Numbered from the stretch's first letter, positions 26,301 to 39,000 are shown. The stretch: 64,000 nt of DNA from Phoronis australis (GCA_002633005.1 NMRA01000012.1:1196564-1260563), one strand, 5' to 3'. Notes: a model not told the origin generated them from the sequence alone. Numbers and translations: made by a program.

Positions 26301-27178
26301 CCACTTTTGGTGAAAAATGAAGGTTGTCATACAACCGTAAAAGCTGGGATATTTTAAAGTACCAAAATTTTTTTGCACAAGAACCACTGAATAAAAATTG
26401 TTGTTTTTAAAATGGCCACTCGTAACGTTAAAAATGCATGAAATTCATAGACAAAAACATGCATAAATTTTTCAAATATTGTCCGATTTTGATGATTCTT
26501 TTTTTAATTTCACAACTAAATAACTCTTTGCATAATGAGATTCAGTTGGCATTTGGTAAGTGACCAAAATAATTATTTTAGACCGTAACACAGTCAACTC
26601 TCGAATATGGACCTTGATTGTGATTTAGCCGTCTGCTGTCTAATGGCATATAAATTAGTCCCTTCTTTACTTATGGTGAATACTAGAGGCATGTTCTAAC
26701 AGGTCAAAATAAGCTCCCATGCCAGTGCTCAGCTCTAAACTTACAGCAGAACTTAAGAACTCATGTACTGTCAGTGCCTTCCAGGCCTGCACTGCACGTG
26801 GTGAAATTCCTACTGCACTGTAGTCTCTACCCATGACAATGTGCTCAAAACTGATTATCTACTTAACATACTCAAGTAGGCCGGGTCAGAGTAGTTATGA
26901 GTTATGGATATTTGTCCATGCTGACTAGTCGAGAATAAGACAAGCAAGCAGATGAGATGAGATAAACCAAAGCAAAGGGCAAAGTAGGCAATGACCATCG
27001 CCTCTGCTTCGGGCCAACAGAGGCGATGGTCATTGCCTAAGCCTAAGCCTAGGCCGGGCAAAGGCAACTGGAATAATAACCAATAACCTGATAACTCACG
27101 TTTGTGTTGAGTGCTCCTCAAATCTCTGTCACTCCAAGATCGCTTAGGTTTGGGCGATGAATAGTTAACTAACGACAT
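20339..27178 (-). CDS. CNBD1: Cyclic nucleotide-binding domain-containing protein 1-like, 11 exons, 497 aa
   Basis: Exons (-): 27100-27178, 25942-26017, 25639-25758, 24797-25003, 23925-24204, 23347-23408, 22786-22997, 22068-22177, 21393-21543, 20710-20777, 20339-20467; phases consistent. Motifs IDYQNLSWLC, AHQYFMQNY, CFGTLE, VMGKLSECQSFGEISVL and IRPGYGKW match recalled CNBD1. Exon 1 is the least certain. Confidence 0.88.
21045..21135 (-). mobile_element. tRNA-derived SINE head
   Basis: The minus strand has an A box (TGGCCTAGTG) and a B box (GGTTCGAGTCC). There is no intact anticodon arm. Confidence 0.6.
26985..27039. mobile_element. 55-bp hairpin mini-derivative of the 27699-28598 element
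   Basis: TAGGCAATGACCATCGCCTCTG-CTTCGGGCCAA-CAGAGGCGATGGTCATTGCCTA, a perfect 22-bp stem. GGGCAAAG is repeated at 26977 and 27056. Confidence 0.85.
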
Positions 27179-27468
27179 TTTGCAACAGACGTCATATAAA
27201 TACGAATCTCAGTCAAAGAAGTGCTCTCTTGCTCTCAGTCAATTCAACTCCGGAACTGTTGACATGTTTCCCCAACAACAATTCTCGGAAAGTCACGAAT
27301 AATCACACATTGAAAAGGCTGTTGTATGAAATTTCACTAATAGGACACATGCCACTTTATGAATGTTTTATTATGTTTAATATATATCACTAATTAGTGT
27401 TCATACTTCTTTTGACTCAATATTTTGAAATATATATGTAATTATATTACTTTTAGAGTCACATTACT

Positions 27469-27586
27469 GTCACGTGATTCATCATTGTCCGGAAGTAAAA
27501 GTGAAAGACTATCAGAACGTCTGCTAGAGTAAAATTCTCGTCGATTTTTCCACCAATTGCCGAAGCACGTCTCGTTGAAGGTGAGT
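27469..27586 (+). promoter_or_regulatory. Putative promoter and non-coding first exon of the TMEM276-like gene, divergent from CNBD1
   Basis: E-box GTCACGTGAT at 27469, ETS site CCGGAAGT at 27489, and a consensus donor AAG|GTGAGT at 27580/27581. A matching acceptor TTTTTCAG ends at 32273, 25 nt before the ATG. Confidence 0.5.
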
Positions 27587-27698
27587 AATATACGCTGTGC
27601 TGTGTGCTGATGGTCCATGCTCGTTTGTATGGCCACTTTGTAATCTGCGCTAAGACTGTTGAAAGTTCGTAAATCAAATGTGTAAACAAGTGTTGTGT

Positions 27699-28598
27699 TA
27701 GGCAATGACCATCGCCTCTGTTGGCCCGAAGCAGAGGCGATGTAGAGGCTATAGGCGCTCTGTACGCCGGAAGCTTTTCGGCGAATTATGCCTCGCACCG
27801 ACTAAACCATCAAAATCACGTTGTTACAAATACCTTTTGCGCATAGAGGAACACCTTAGGAGGTTGTCGATGTGTTTAATTCATTCCAACTCGAACAAAT
27901 ACTCCCGTTATGAAACTTTTTCTTCGAGCAGTCCCTATTTCAGTTCCCAAAATCGTGAACTCAACTTTTTTATACTGCGCACGCTCCAATTCATGACCTC
28001 AATCTTTAAATAGGCCAAAGGTGAGCCATTGCGGTCTTGGCAGTCAAATGTTCGTTTCCAAAATGCCACCACTTATACTTGTCTTTAATTGGCGTTACTT
28101 GAAACTGATTGTATTTCAATGAATCATTGTTTGTATTTGATAAAAACAAATGCTGTTGATATGACATTTAATAGTCTTTTTGCACATATTTGACATTTTA
28201 ATGTTTAACAACACGGCAAATGCACGGCTGGTTCCCGGCAGCACGTACGCGAAGGGCGGGAACTTCAGCTTTCAAAGTTCGCCGGTAGGTCCGCAACTTC
28301 TGACCTTCGGCCTGGTTAAAAAAATGAAAAAGTTGAGTTCACGATTTTGGGAACTGAAATAGGGACTGCTCGAAGAAAAAGTTTCATAACGGGAGTATTT
28401 GTTCGAGTTGGAAGGAATTAAACACATCGACAACCTCCTAAGGTGTTCCTCTATGCGCAAAAGGTATTTGTAACAACGTGATTTTGATGGTTTAGTCGGT
28501 GCGAGGCATAATTCGCCGAAAAGCTTCCGGCGTACAGAGCGCCTATAGCCTCTACATCGCCTCTGCTTCGAGCCAACAGAGGCGATGGTCATTGCCTA
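27699..28598. mobile_element. 900-bp non-autonomous DNA transposon with ~272-bp TIRs and a 9-bp TSD (Mutator/MULE-like)
   Basis: TIRs 27699-27970 and 28327-28598 are near-identical. TSD GTGTTGTGT at 27690-27698 and 28599-28607. No transposase ORF. Confidence 0.92.
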
Positions 28599-29497
28599 GT
28601 GTTGTGTAGAAGGCATAGTTCAGCATAATAGACTACTGACTGTATAGACAGTGCAGTTGTGATACCTAGCCAGCTAGCTGTATGAAGACGAGACAACTAT
28701 CGTCAAAATACAACTAGGTACCACTATGTGCTCAGTGCAGACAATTGCACACAACCTGGGTAGTTCTGCTCGTCACCTCGTTGTGAAACTATATCAAAAT
28801 GTAGAGCTCAACGGTGGTGCTGCATGCAAAATCTGGGACTCAACAGACACTCACCTTGGCCGTTACAGCTGTTAAGAGAAAAAAATCTAATGAACGTCAT
28901 TTTGTCATGTACTTTTCCGTCTTTTTTAACATTTAGTAAAGTATGTCATTGTATGTGCCATTTCCTTAATTTTTGCAGCATCTCTCAGGAGATGATGACA
29001 ACTTTGCAGCAGCAAAATTTGTTCTGAAATTTGGTTTGCTGGTACTAGAATATTCAAAAGTTGTAAAGAAATGAAACCAGTTGCGATAATTTGTTGTGAC
29101 ATGTATGCAACCTCGTGTAAGAAGAACAGTTGATTGAATATTCAGTGAGAAAATAATAATAATAAACTTTATTTAAAGAGGATAAAATTACAATAAATGT
29201 CAAACATGCTTTAGCCAAAGGCCACCATCTTGTCTGTGGTATGCTAGCATGGCCCTCTGCAAAATAAACTGGCCAATAGGTGACAATCTTTCATGACGCC
29301 GAAAGCCAATGCTCCACATCTTTAGCAGCAGAATAATGGTAGAACTCCAATTTTTCCGAAACCAGTAAATAATTTAATTTACTCAAAGTAGAAGGTGGAT
29401 TTCAATGACACTAATTTTTGTCAGATTTTATTTGATCATTTTTTACCCACTTTGGCGCAAAGCTGTATATTTAGTATACAGCTTTGCACCAAGGTCA

Positions 29498-30010
29498 GTA
29501 GACGTTGTGCTTCCCGGGGAATAATATGAGCCTCTGTTAGCCACTCGCTAATGGACAATTGCCTATTAGCTGAATGGTTAACACGCTCGCCGCTTGTATC
29601 AGGGTCTCTGGTTTGATTCCCGGGTAGGGCAATCTCAGCTATTAGTACAACAATTGGCGTAGTTGGCAAAAGGATGATATACTGAGGAAGCACTGCCAAC
29701 TTAGAGGCTTGCGAACCTCGGACTGAGCATAATGGGTGTGGATCTGGGACACAGGAGAGTGTTGGTGAGGGCAAATTCCAGGGCACATGGTAGAGTCACT
29801 GAGGGCAAATTCCAGGATGCTAGGGTGTTGCTTGGATCTACCGCCAGGAGGCGCGCCTGTTTCGTAGGGAAGGGAGTAATGTTGTAGACGTGCTTCTTGT
29901 GAGTCATATGAGCCTCCTTTAGCCACTTGCCAATGGCAATTGCCTATTAGCTGAATGGTTAGCATGCTCGGTGTTTTTTTCGGTGTTGGTGGTTCGATTC
30001 CGGGGTCAGG
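29498..30010 (+). mobile_element. Two tandem tRNA-like (Pol III A/B box) units, SINE or tRNA pseudogene
   Basis: 29561-29631 and 29942-30010 each have TAGCTGAATGG and GGTTYGATTCC, and they share a ~60-bp upstream leader. Confidence 0.55.
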
Positions 30011-30779
30011 TAATGTTGGCTATCAACACAATGAAAGATTTTCTCTCGACAACCAATCAATGACAATGCACAAACAAGATAGATAGACTTACAGAGATAC
30101 ATAGATAAATATGTATTTAAAGCCGAACTTAGGTAGTACAGCAAGTAAACAGTACTACCATACCACAGACAAGATGGTGGCCTTGCCATAAGCTTCATTA
30201 GCCCTCTATACACTGTAACCTTTTCAACAACACTCTTACCAGCCAGCTAGCTTTATGAAGACTAATGTCAAAATACAGCCAGAAATCGCTGTGTGTTAAC
30301 TACTCAAAGTCCGCAAAATGTGACATCACCTAGGTAGTTCTGCTCGTCCCTTCATTGTGAAACTTATGTATGTATGGAAAGCTAATGATGCAAAATCTGG
30401 GAGTCTGCCAACCAACACTTGACACTGCCTGTTACAGCCATTTAAGGTTATCTCAAACCTTATTTAGTGACTTCCATTCTAACTCATATTTCAAAAAACC
30501 AAGCAATTTGGTTTGTTGGTAATGATAAACTTAAAACGAAACGAAATCAATTCCAATAATTTGGTGTGAACTATACACAACCTTGGAGAAAGTACAGTTG
30601 ATTGAAGAATCGGTGTAAAGGGAAAGTTGGCAAGTAGGTGACCCGCCGGACGCTCTATTTCATGGCGTTGAAAGCCAAAGGCTTCTTACCTCTTCACAAA
30701 TTTAGCAGCAGCATAATGGTAGAACGGCAATTTTTATAGCATTGTTTGCTAATTGTGAAAATCTTTGATATCCGTGCAT

Positions 30780-31900
30780 ACATTTCATTTACTTGTGACG
30801 GGGAATTAGTGATGATTACATCCAGCAGAGTGGAGGTTTCCTTGAAAGAGGGTGCAGATTTTAAAACATTTTTGTAGCAATAAACATTTAAGAAATCAGA
30901 CAACCTTTTCTGTTTGACTAACATATTTATGTTGAAGTAACCTGAGATAAAAATGGACTTTGCTTCAAATTGAACACACATTTTTGTGTAAGTTTATGAT
31001 ATGAGTATCTCCTACAGATGGTGGCTTGTAAAGCGCTTAGCATAGCCTAGTCTTGGTGTAGCAAGGTCTGTAAAAGCTATTCTCATGGCATGTACTGTTA
31101 TTTTTTTATTTTTACATGTAACTAACCTATGCGAAATATAACCATTCAATAAGAGTACTTTATCGTTTTTTGCTGGGTTACGCCACGAGCTATGTTGCAG
31201 AGTAAAACAAGATGAGGATTGTGACTAATGTCATTTATTATGACGTGGGTAGAAGAACTAAAGAAGACTCTGCAAGATGAGTGTGGAAAAAATGCCATTA
31301 TGGCTTAAGAGAAATTATTGTCAAGCTTTGTTTGAGATAGGGTTAAAGGGACATTCTCATCAAGAAAAGTATTTAATAAGCAGTAGAGTGAAATCAAACC
31401 ACCTGACTCCACAGCAGTAGCAGACGAATGGTGTACCTGAGCCAAATCCCACGTGTTAAATAGCAGAGTAGTATGTATTTAAAAGATAAAGACACCTGCC
31501 TTGATTTCAGCAAATGTGTGCTACACAATGGTGAGAATTTGTGATTTGTAATGAAATCACAAAAACTCAACGAATTTTGTTGTTTTAGAGCTTTGGTCAA
31601 AGTTAATAATTTATCCTTCTCAATAATAATCACAAATTTACGTTTTTCACCCGTTTTTCACGTTTCTTCAAAAGGTCAAAGTTTCTTAATTGTTTAGAGA
31701 TCTCTTCAAACTTTGAAGACAGAGAATTTATGTTTTCATATTCAAAAGAGAATTTATGTTGGTTTAATTTCTGAAAAGTTTTCAAAAAATATGTGATGTC
31801 ATCAACTGACAAATCCATAACAGGTAGGTTGGCTGGTTCCTCAGCACAGCAATCATTGTTTCTGAACATTGTCTTCCCAAATTCCAATCAAGTGTTCAAT
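30780..31900 (-). pseudogene. Degraded LINE ORF2 APE-type endonuclease fragments (CR1/L2-like)
   Basis: Minus-strand motifs in the expected order: NINSLSSKFEEI (~31730), LYKPPS (~31030), GYFNINML and STLLDVIITNSP (30981-30800). Interrupted by frameshifts and insertions. Confidence 0.7.
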
Positions 31901-32298
31901 TACTCATTTATAGCTCTCATGAAAACCTTTGTAGGTGCACAAACAAATGCAAAGACATCTCCTGTCCAAAGTATGTAATTAATATCAGACGTTTAACCGG
32001 ATGTTATACAAGTCTGGTCTGGAATGTATGGCTTCTCACCTTACATTTATCCATTAACTGAGGCATGAGCATTACTATTCCCTAATGTTGTATCAGTTCA
32101 AGATAGGATTTACTGTTGTGTTGTTTCATTAAAATCATGAAACTCAGATTGTAAGAATTTCTGTTCATTTTCTAAATCCCGCGAACTCGTCAAATTCCTG
32201 CTAAGTACTCGTGGAGTGAGTCACTTTGACAATTAACTCGGAGGATCCATAATCTTGCAAACTCATTTTTCAGCTCACCTGACTGAGACTCAGCAGCA

Positions 32299-32868
32299 AT
32301 GCCTGAAGCAGCTTACAGTACTGCTGCATCGGATGCAGTTTTATCTGCGACTGCGTATTATGCTGCGTATCAACTTTACCTCAGCAACAAGTGGGGCTCA
32401 GTGGCTTTTCTATCCGTTGCGTTAGCCGCTACTGCTGGAGTAGTCCGATTCTCCCTGAACAATCCCTCCGCAAAAGTCGTCACTGTTCATAAAATGCTGG
32501 CATTCATGTCCTCCGTTCTAGTTGGAACGTTTATTGTAGCTAGTTATCATATATCAAACCCACAAAACATATTTGCATGTGTTATTTCTGCTTTGATGAT
32601 GGTGATAATTGTCAAGTGTGCTGATGCAGTTTTACATCGCTTTGGAAAGGAAATTGCAACGTCAATTGTGAGTGGACTTGGCATCGTTGGGATTGTGTTG
32701 TGGAATATATGGCTAATGAACATATATGGAATTGTCGGTGGCATGATGTATGTTATTGCTGGAGTTGTCGTGGGAACAGATGGTGACATGGGAGGAATAC
32801 CCTGTGTGGATGTATTTCATTATATTCTTGCATTGGGGAACATCATTTTGTTGTGGAGTCTGATGTAA
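32299..32868 (+). CDS. TMEM276: TMEM276-like multi-pass membrane protein, single coding exon, 189 aa
   Basis: Intact ORF with about 6-7 hydrophobic helices. Motifs YSTAASDAVL, ALAATAGVVRF, NIYGIVGG and IPCVDVFHYILALG align with recalled human TMEM276 (WSTALSHLVL, NTYGMWGG, LPKEDVCRWALAVG). Confidence 0.8.
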   Translation: MPEAAYSTAASDAVLSATAYYAAYQLYLSNKWGSVAFLSVALAATAGVVRFSLNNPSAKVVTVHKMLAFMSSVLVGTFIVASYHISNPQNIFACVISALMMVIIVKCADAVLHRFGKEIATSIVSGLGIVGIVLWNIWLMNIYGIVGGMMYVIAGVVVGTDGDMGGIPCVDVFHYILALGNIILLWSLM

Positions 32869-35800
32869 TTGTTGTAAGGCGGTGATTTACATTCTTTCAC
32901 AGCTTGGGTAACGAGAGATGTGTCTGCATTTGAATTGTACTAACAATTGTTTTATTTACCTCAATCCCTCTCTCTTTTGCCTACCTTTGCAAGACCCTGG
33001 CCCTCTCCCTCTCTCGTGAACATGTGCTTGAACTGCGCAGGCCAAACGTAGTTGGACAAAATGACTAGGCATTTCTTGCCATGACGGCTGTGTCTAAGTA
33101 GATTTCAGTGTCATGGTGACCATACTTCACTCACTTGGCACTAAGAACGACTAAAAAGGTAATAAGATAGAAATGCTTTTCAATAAACAAATTAGGATTT
33201 TATCACAATTTCCTGTAATTTTCGCTGTAGCTGTCGTGACGACTGGGAAAGGTTTTTGGTCAGGTTGCTTTTGACGAGCACTGCATTATTGGAATACATG
33301 GTTCACCATCAATTATTATGAAAGTTTGCATTAGGTACTTGTGCAATGCTGAACATTTGTGTGGTATTTTCGTGTGGTTCATACTGTCAAATTGTCATGT
33401 ATGTTTTCTATGACATTTAAGTTTTGAAACGTGTAGTTTAACATTTACGCGTCATTAAGTTGTTTTCACACAGGTGAAAACTTCTTTAAAGAGTGATTTT
33501 TAAACTTAGGCAAGCATATTCCCATTGTTCTTCTAGTTCAGCGCTTACTATTTGTGATGTCTGAATTGTTTGTGAAGTGTGTAATTTTTGTACTAAAAGT
33601 TTTGAGTCGGTGCTGTTTTAGCCCCAAAAATGGGCAAAATGCATTGTACGCTTTTTAAGTGATTTTAACCAAGCTTTTAACTGAAAACCTCTGCGCCAAT
33701 GTACTTGAATGATGTCAAAAGCAGCCAGCGCACATTTAATTGTTTCTTTGTCTAAGTTGCAAACTTAAAAGTTGATCAAGTCACTGTAACTTCACCAAGT
33801 CTTGTATTAGAATCAATCAATGAACTTAATGTTTTCATGCATGGTACAATCACTCTCTCGTTAATTTTGCACAAAAATAATTGCCTTAATTGCAATTTTT
33901 CGTTTTTCAAAGGTCGGCTACTGTGCTAAAATTTTCAAAATTTTACACAAGTTTAGTTTTGTGATAGCTGTTTACTGCAGTGTGAATCGTGCTAATGATA
34001 AAGTTTTTCTTAACATTTATTTTTTTGAGAAATTTCTACATGTCTGTCTCCTTGTGTGCTAAGTTGATGAACATTTACCATGCGTGGAAGGCAAACGTTT
34101 TCGATGTTACCTTTACTAAGAATGATATTTCTCATTGTCCATTATTTTTCTCTAGCACTCTATTACAATTCAGGCAACTACATAATGCAAACCGTCCAGT
34201 AAAAGGCCTGGGCTTGTCTGCATCCGTGTCAATGGAGCAAACACAATGATGAAGTGACTATTGAACATTTTGTATGTCATTGTCTTTGCTCAGGAGATGT
34301 GTGCCCTTTGTTAGCCCATCTTCATCGCTTTTATTGTTGCATGCAGAACTGCTGAGGGATAGAGAGATGGTAAAGGTTACAAAAATATTGTTGCTTGCCC
34401 TAAAGTCTCTAAAGTACATCCCTGTCAAAAGCAACGATAGCGCTGTTTGGGGCTTTAAATGATACTGTAACTTCTATTTTTAATTAGTGCTCTGGCTATT
34501 TTTCTACATGTATCTCATAACTTAGTTAAAAACAATAAAAGTAAAAGTCACAAGTTTCAATGTTTTATTTCCTCCCCACCACCCATAGTAAAACTGGAAA
34601 ATCACGTTTTCTTAACTTTTAAAAGTTTGAAATTTCAATGTATGACCAACTTAGCCCTTTGCTTAACATTTAATTCAACTACACTACCGTGTATCTCTTG
34701 ACAATAAATTAGACCAACTTAAAATAAATACAATGCCAACAGAATAAATAACTGTACAAAGTCTACATAACACTAATCTCTTGGGGAAAAACAACTGTCC
34801 ATTGACAAAACACAGAAAAATACAATTAGATAGCTTAACTCAACTAAAAGACATGATGTATAAGTCGATCTCGAGCTTGTGCACATCTTATATAATGGGT
34901 GAAGTAAAAAGTTAAATTGGTTGGTATATTGTTGAAGAAATTAAATTCTTGTATTGAATGCAATACAGTGCTGCTACGTGTAATGCAACCCCACCTTCAG
35001 GGTTTCTGAGTAACAATTCTTTACATTACATAGAAACTGGCCTTTAGTACCACAGTATAGGTGTCATCCTAGTGAAATACTGGGCTATAGTGTATAATGT
35101 ACACAGTTTATGGTGCCTAAGTCAAGCTAAACACAAACCAACCTACATCACCTGCATTTCTTAAGAGTGCTGTTAGGTAGGAGTCAAAACTAGGACCACT
35201 ACACTGCAGTCACGCCGCAGCATATGCCAAAAGTAATCGAAGCATTGTTTCGGTGTCATGAGGTATAACTTCTACAAACAACAGAAACGATGGTTATTAT
35301 CATCTGTCAAGACTCGCTACTCAGATTGTAAAAGACAAGGAGTATCATATTTGCAAAATAAGATCCAAGGTGGATTTTTGACCCACTTCTGTTAACATCT
35401 TTGCCAGTGTGCTAACCTTTTTGCAACACAGTGGGAATCCATCTAAGGTTTTCAAGCCAGATCTCACGCTGAGTTTTCGAATGCAGGGGTGCTGACCTGA
35501 TGCGAGGTTATGCAGCAAGATGGGAGTTAGTACTGTTTGCTTTCACTACTTAGTGGGAAGCTCGCGTTTTTTCAGCTTATTTTGCCCATTTTGATGCACT
35601 GTACATGCAAATTAAATGCACACAAGTAACAGGCAAGAAACAACAAAATGCTTGACACAAATAAAGCTTACATAATGGAATGGGACAGCGCTAGCATTAC
35701 GGGCCAGAAGCTAACGATGACTCAACTGGCTCATCATATCTGAAGGCAGACAACACTGAATCAATAAATTTCCGAATGTTACTGAATTTCAATAGCAGGG

Positions 35801-36071
35801 TCTAGATGCATTAAACTTATTTACATCAAGTTGCAACAAGACCTAACTTTTGTAATTTTTGCATCAAATGGTAAACCACAGTAGCTAAAAAATAAATTTT
35901 GTTTCTGATTTTTCTATTTAAACACTCAGAATTAATCCCCCTCCCACCAGCACACCTATGCAGTCATTTGACTTTCAGAAATCAAACTTGTTATATCACT
36001 CACACGTTTCACTGATTTTAATTTCTTTTCAACTCCGTAAAGACTACCTTGACTAAATCTCAAAAGTCCTC

Positions 36072-39000
36072 CTACTTCTGAACGTGGAACATGATTAAAC
36101 GGAAGTTTATTGTTTTTCCCGCCAATACTTTGTTGCATTCTGAAGAACTAATGAGCGGCAAGCGGAGATAATCTGTCTCCGTTTTGTCGTTGCTGAACTC
36201 AAAGCGGTAGATTTTGGGTTCCACTTTCATTTCACCATACGGACCCTTCAAGATAATGTAGTGCACTTCCATTGGAGTTTGAGCGCGGCTCTTTAACCCC
36301 AGCTGATAGGACAATGTACGATTGTGGGTCTGTGCTGGATTCTTTGTGTTGTCGTTGATGCGGGCTTTGATCACCCACTGGAAGTTGAATGCAGAGAAGC
36401 GGCTTGTTTCATAAAACAATTTTGTGATGAAATCGTCAGTTCGGTATGGTTTCAACTGTAAATCTGCAAGAGACATATATCACATCACCATCAACAGTAA
36501 CTCGAGTGTTCAGCTGAACTGATGCACATGACTACTCCCGGGGTACTCCCATCCACCCATAACGCTATCTTATTGCGAAAGACCGTCCCGAGTAGCCAGC
36601 ATGGCCACTCGGGTCGGTTGCAGGTTTTCATATGGCGGAACATGTTTTTCCACACCCATGCACAAGCTGATGGCTTTAAGAGAAGCATCTCTTAATGGAA
36701 CATGAAACATCTATTTTCATTTTCAGAACAATAACCCATACAACATGAATGGATAACAGCCAATTTAAATTGGGTAAAAAAAGTGTATCTCAACTTTTAG
36801 TTCCTGAAGTCACGGAGTTTGCATCACGGCCATTTCGTGTTATGTAAAGGGTGAATGATTTTCACGACCAGTTTCCCTACGAATGAGTGCCTTTTCTCAC
36901 ATAATTCCACATAACGTTTACGAAAAAATCAAATGGCTCACTTTCAGAGCTATAACTCTACTGTCAAAAGTTTTTCCCAGTACAGAACAGTTTTGAATGT
37001 TAAGTATACTTTTAAGTCTTTTCTTGTAAATAGTGTACTCATTTTTGAAAACACTACCATCTCTTGTACTGTTTCGGCATATTAGTTAAAATTTCAGCCA
37101 ACCAAGAATGAAAGATGAGATTCATGGAATTAATCCCTACAAAAGGGTGGTGTAATAGAACCCTATGGCAGGATAACTTTTCATGGAAGCTACCTGCAAA
37201 TAGATGCCCTTTCTCGAATCAGCAGTAATTGACTTAAAATAAAAAAGTCAAACACAATGTAAACTGTTTATACTAACCATTGAATGTTATCTTTTCAAAA
37301 GATAGCAAATTGAAGATATTGTTAAACACGTTCATTTCCGTCTGCTTTTTCTCATCAGTGGTCGAAAGAGAGTCCATGATTTCAAGTGCAGATTTGTTTG
37401 GATGGTGGCAGTCATTTTCATGTTGGAGAAGTTCATGATAAGGTCCTGTCCAAGGACAACCTATACGGGAATACTTGCACTCTGTTATCCTGTTGAAAAA
37501 AAAAGATGTTCCAGATTAAAAATTTCACAGTTAGGTAGACCTCCTCAGGTAACAGCTCACCTGCTTGGGATGGTCGAAAGTCAAAATTCCTGAGCAAACC
37601 GTAAGTCTTTGTTCAGCAGGATGACCACCCCTACATATTAGGCATTAAGGTTAATTGTCCAATGAATCAAAACGTTTGCTCCCACTTTTTCACTATTTTA
37701 ACTGAATGTACTAGTCTAATCAAATTAGCGATAAAAGCCTGGTGACTTTATAGTCTCTCACAGTGAAGTCCCTAACATTGCATCACCACCATTTTGTATT
37801 ATGCAAGAAACATTATGGTGTTTTCCCGTTGAGTCCAACTTGTTCGATTGTAGCACAACAACAAGTTGGGAGGATGACCTCTGTAGTCAGTATCTTATAC
37901 TACTGATTAACTCCATTCTGGCATTTATGGTTGGAGGGCCAGCTCTCTTTTGTTCGATAATTGCTCTAATCTCCAATAAGATCATATCTAGCCTGACTGG
38001 GCTGTGCTGTTAAAAATAATAAAAGTTAAGTTATAACATCTTTGAACACAAACCAAAGTTATGACAATCTATTCTTTCCGAATGTACCAATTCGCACTAG
38101 GATTGACTGCATTCATATGTGGTCAGTAATAAGCCTGGTAGATAATTGGCCTGCTTGTTGTCATACAAGACAAAAGACTGTGCTTGGTAGTTACAAAGAA
38201 GCTAGATGTTATAACAGGCTCACAACCGCTCTATGTCTGGTAAAGTGCTCACAACCGTTCTATGTCTGTTAAAGTCACGGAATGGGAGAACGCCCTAATG
38301 GCGCACACACATCTGTTATGACAGCGAAATGATAAGGCCCAGAATTTGTTCAACATTTGAGTGAAAACATGGTACATAATATTAGAGGTAAGACAAAATA
38401 ATCTAACTTGTTTTTCTTTGATTCAAATTCATAGAATTAGACAGAAATATGGCAATTTTTCTAATGACTTTTAGTTAAAACACTAGAAAATGAATTTTTA
38501 ATTCAGGAAATATTTCTCAAAATACATGAATCAAAACTACTTGAATTTTTTCACCACAATGAAGTGAAAGCCTTTGAAAAAAATAATTGCTGTCCAGTAC
38601 AACAAAAACAAAATAACAATTTCAGCATTGAAACGATGTTCAAAATCTTAAAATAGCAGAACTGTTGGTAACGTGAGTACTTTTAGCAGTGCTACTATCA
38701 CCCGACCATACAACAGCCGACCAAAATTAGCAGATGACGTACTTGCCGGAAATAATACCAGATAATTTGGCTAGGTGTCGCTAGTGAATAACGGCGTAAC
38801 GATGTGCGGAAGAGCACAGATTTCGTCCATTGAAAGTCTACAGAGTAGGTGGTACATGTACTATAGTCTATGCTTACACTGCTCACTGCTCAGATTCCCT
38901 TAGCCCCCCCCCCGAGACAACTTTTATATTGCCTATTTAGCACACCCTTTGTATTGATGTAGATCTGAGCTAATGAAGTGGAAGGTAATAGCTAGCACTA

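Noticed and set aside
27705-28592. Mirror-image 102-aa and 106-aa ORFs
   Set aside because: They are by-products of the long TIRs and have no transposase motifs.
21045-30010. tRNA genes at ~21.1, 29.6 and 30.0 kb
   Set aside because: A and B boxes are present but the anticodon and acceptor arms are broken, so they are treated as SINE or pseudogene heads.
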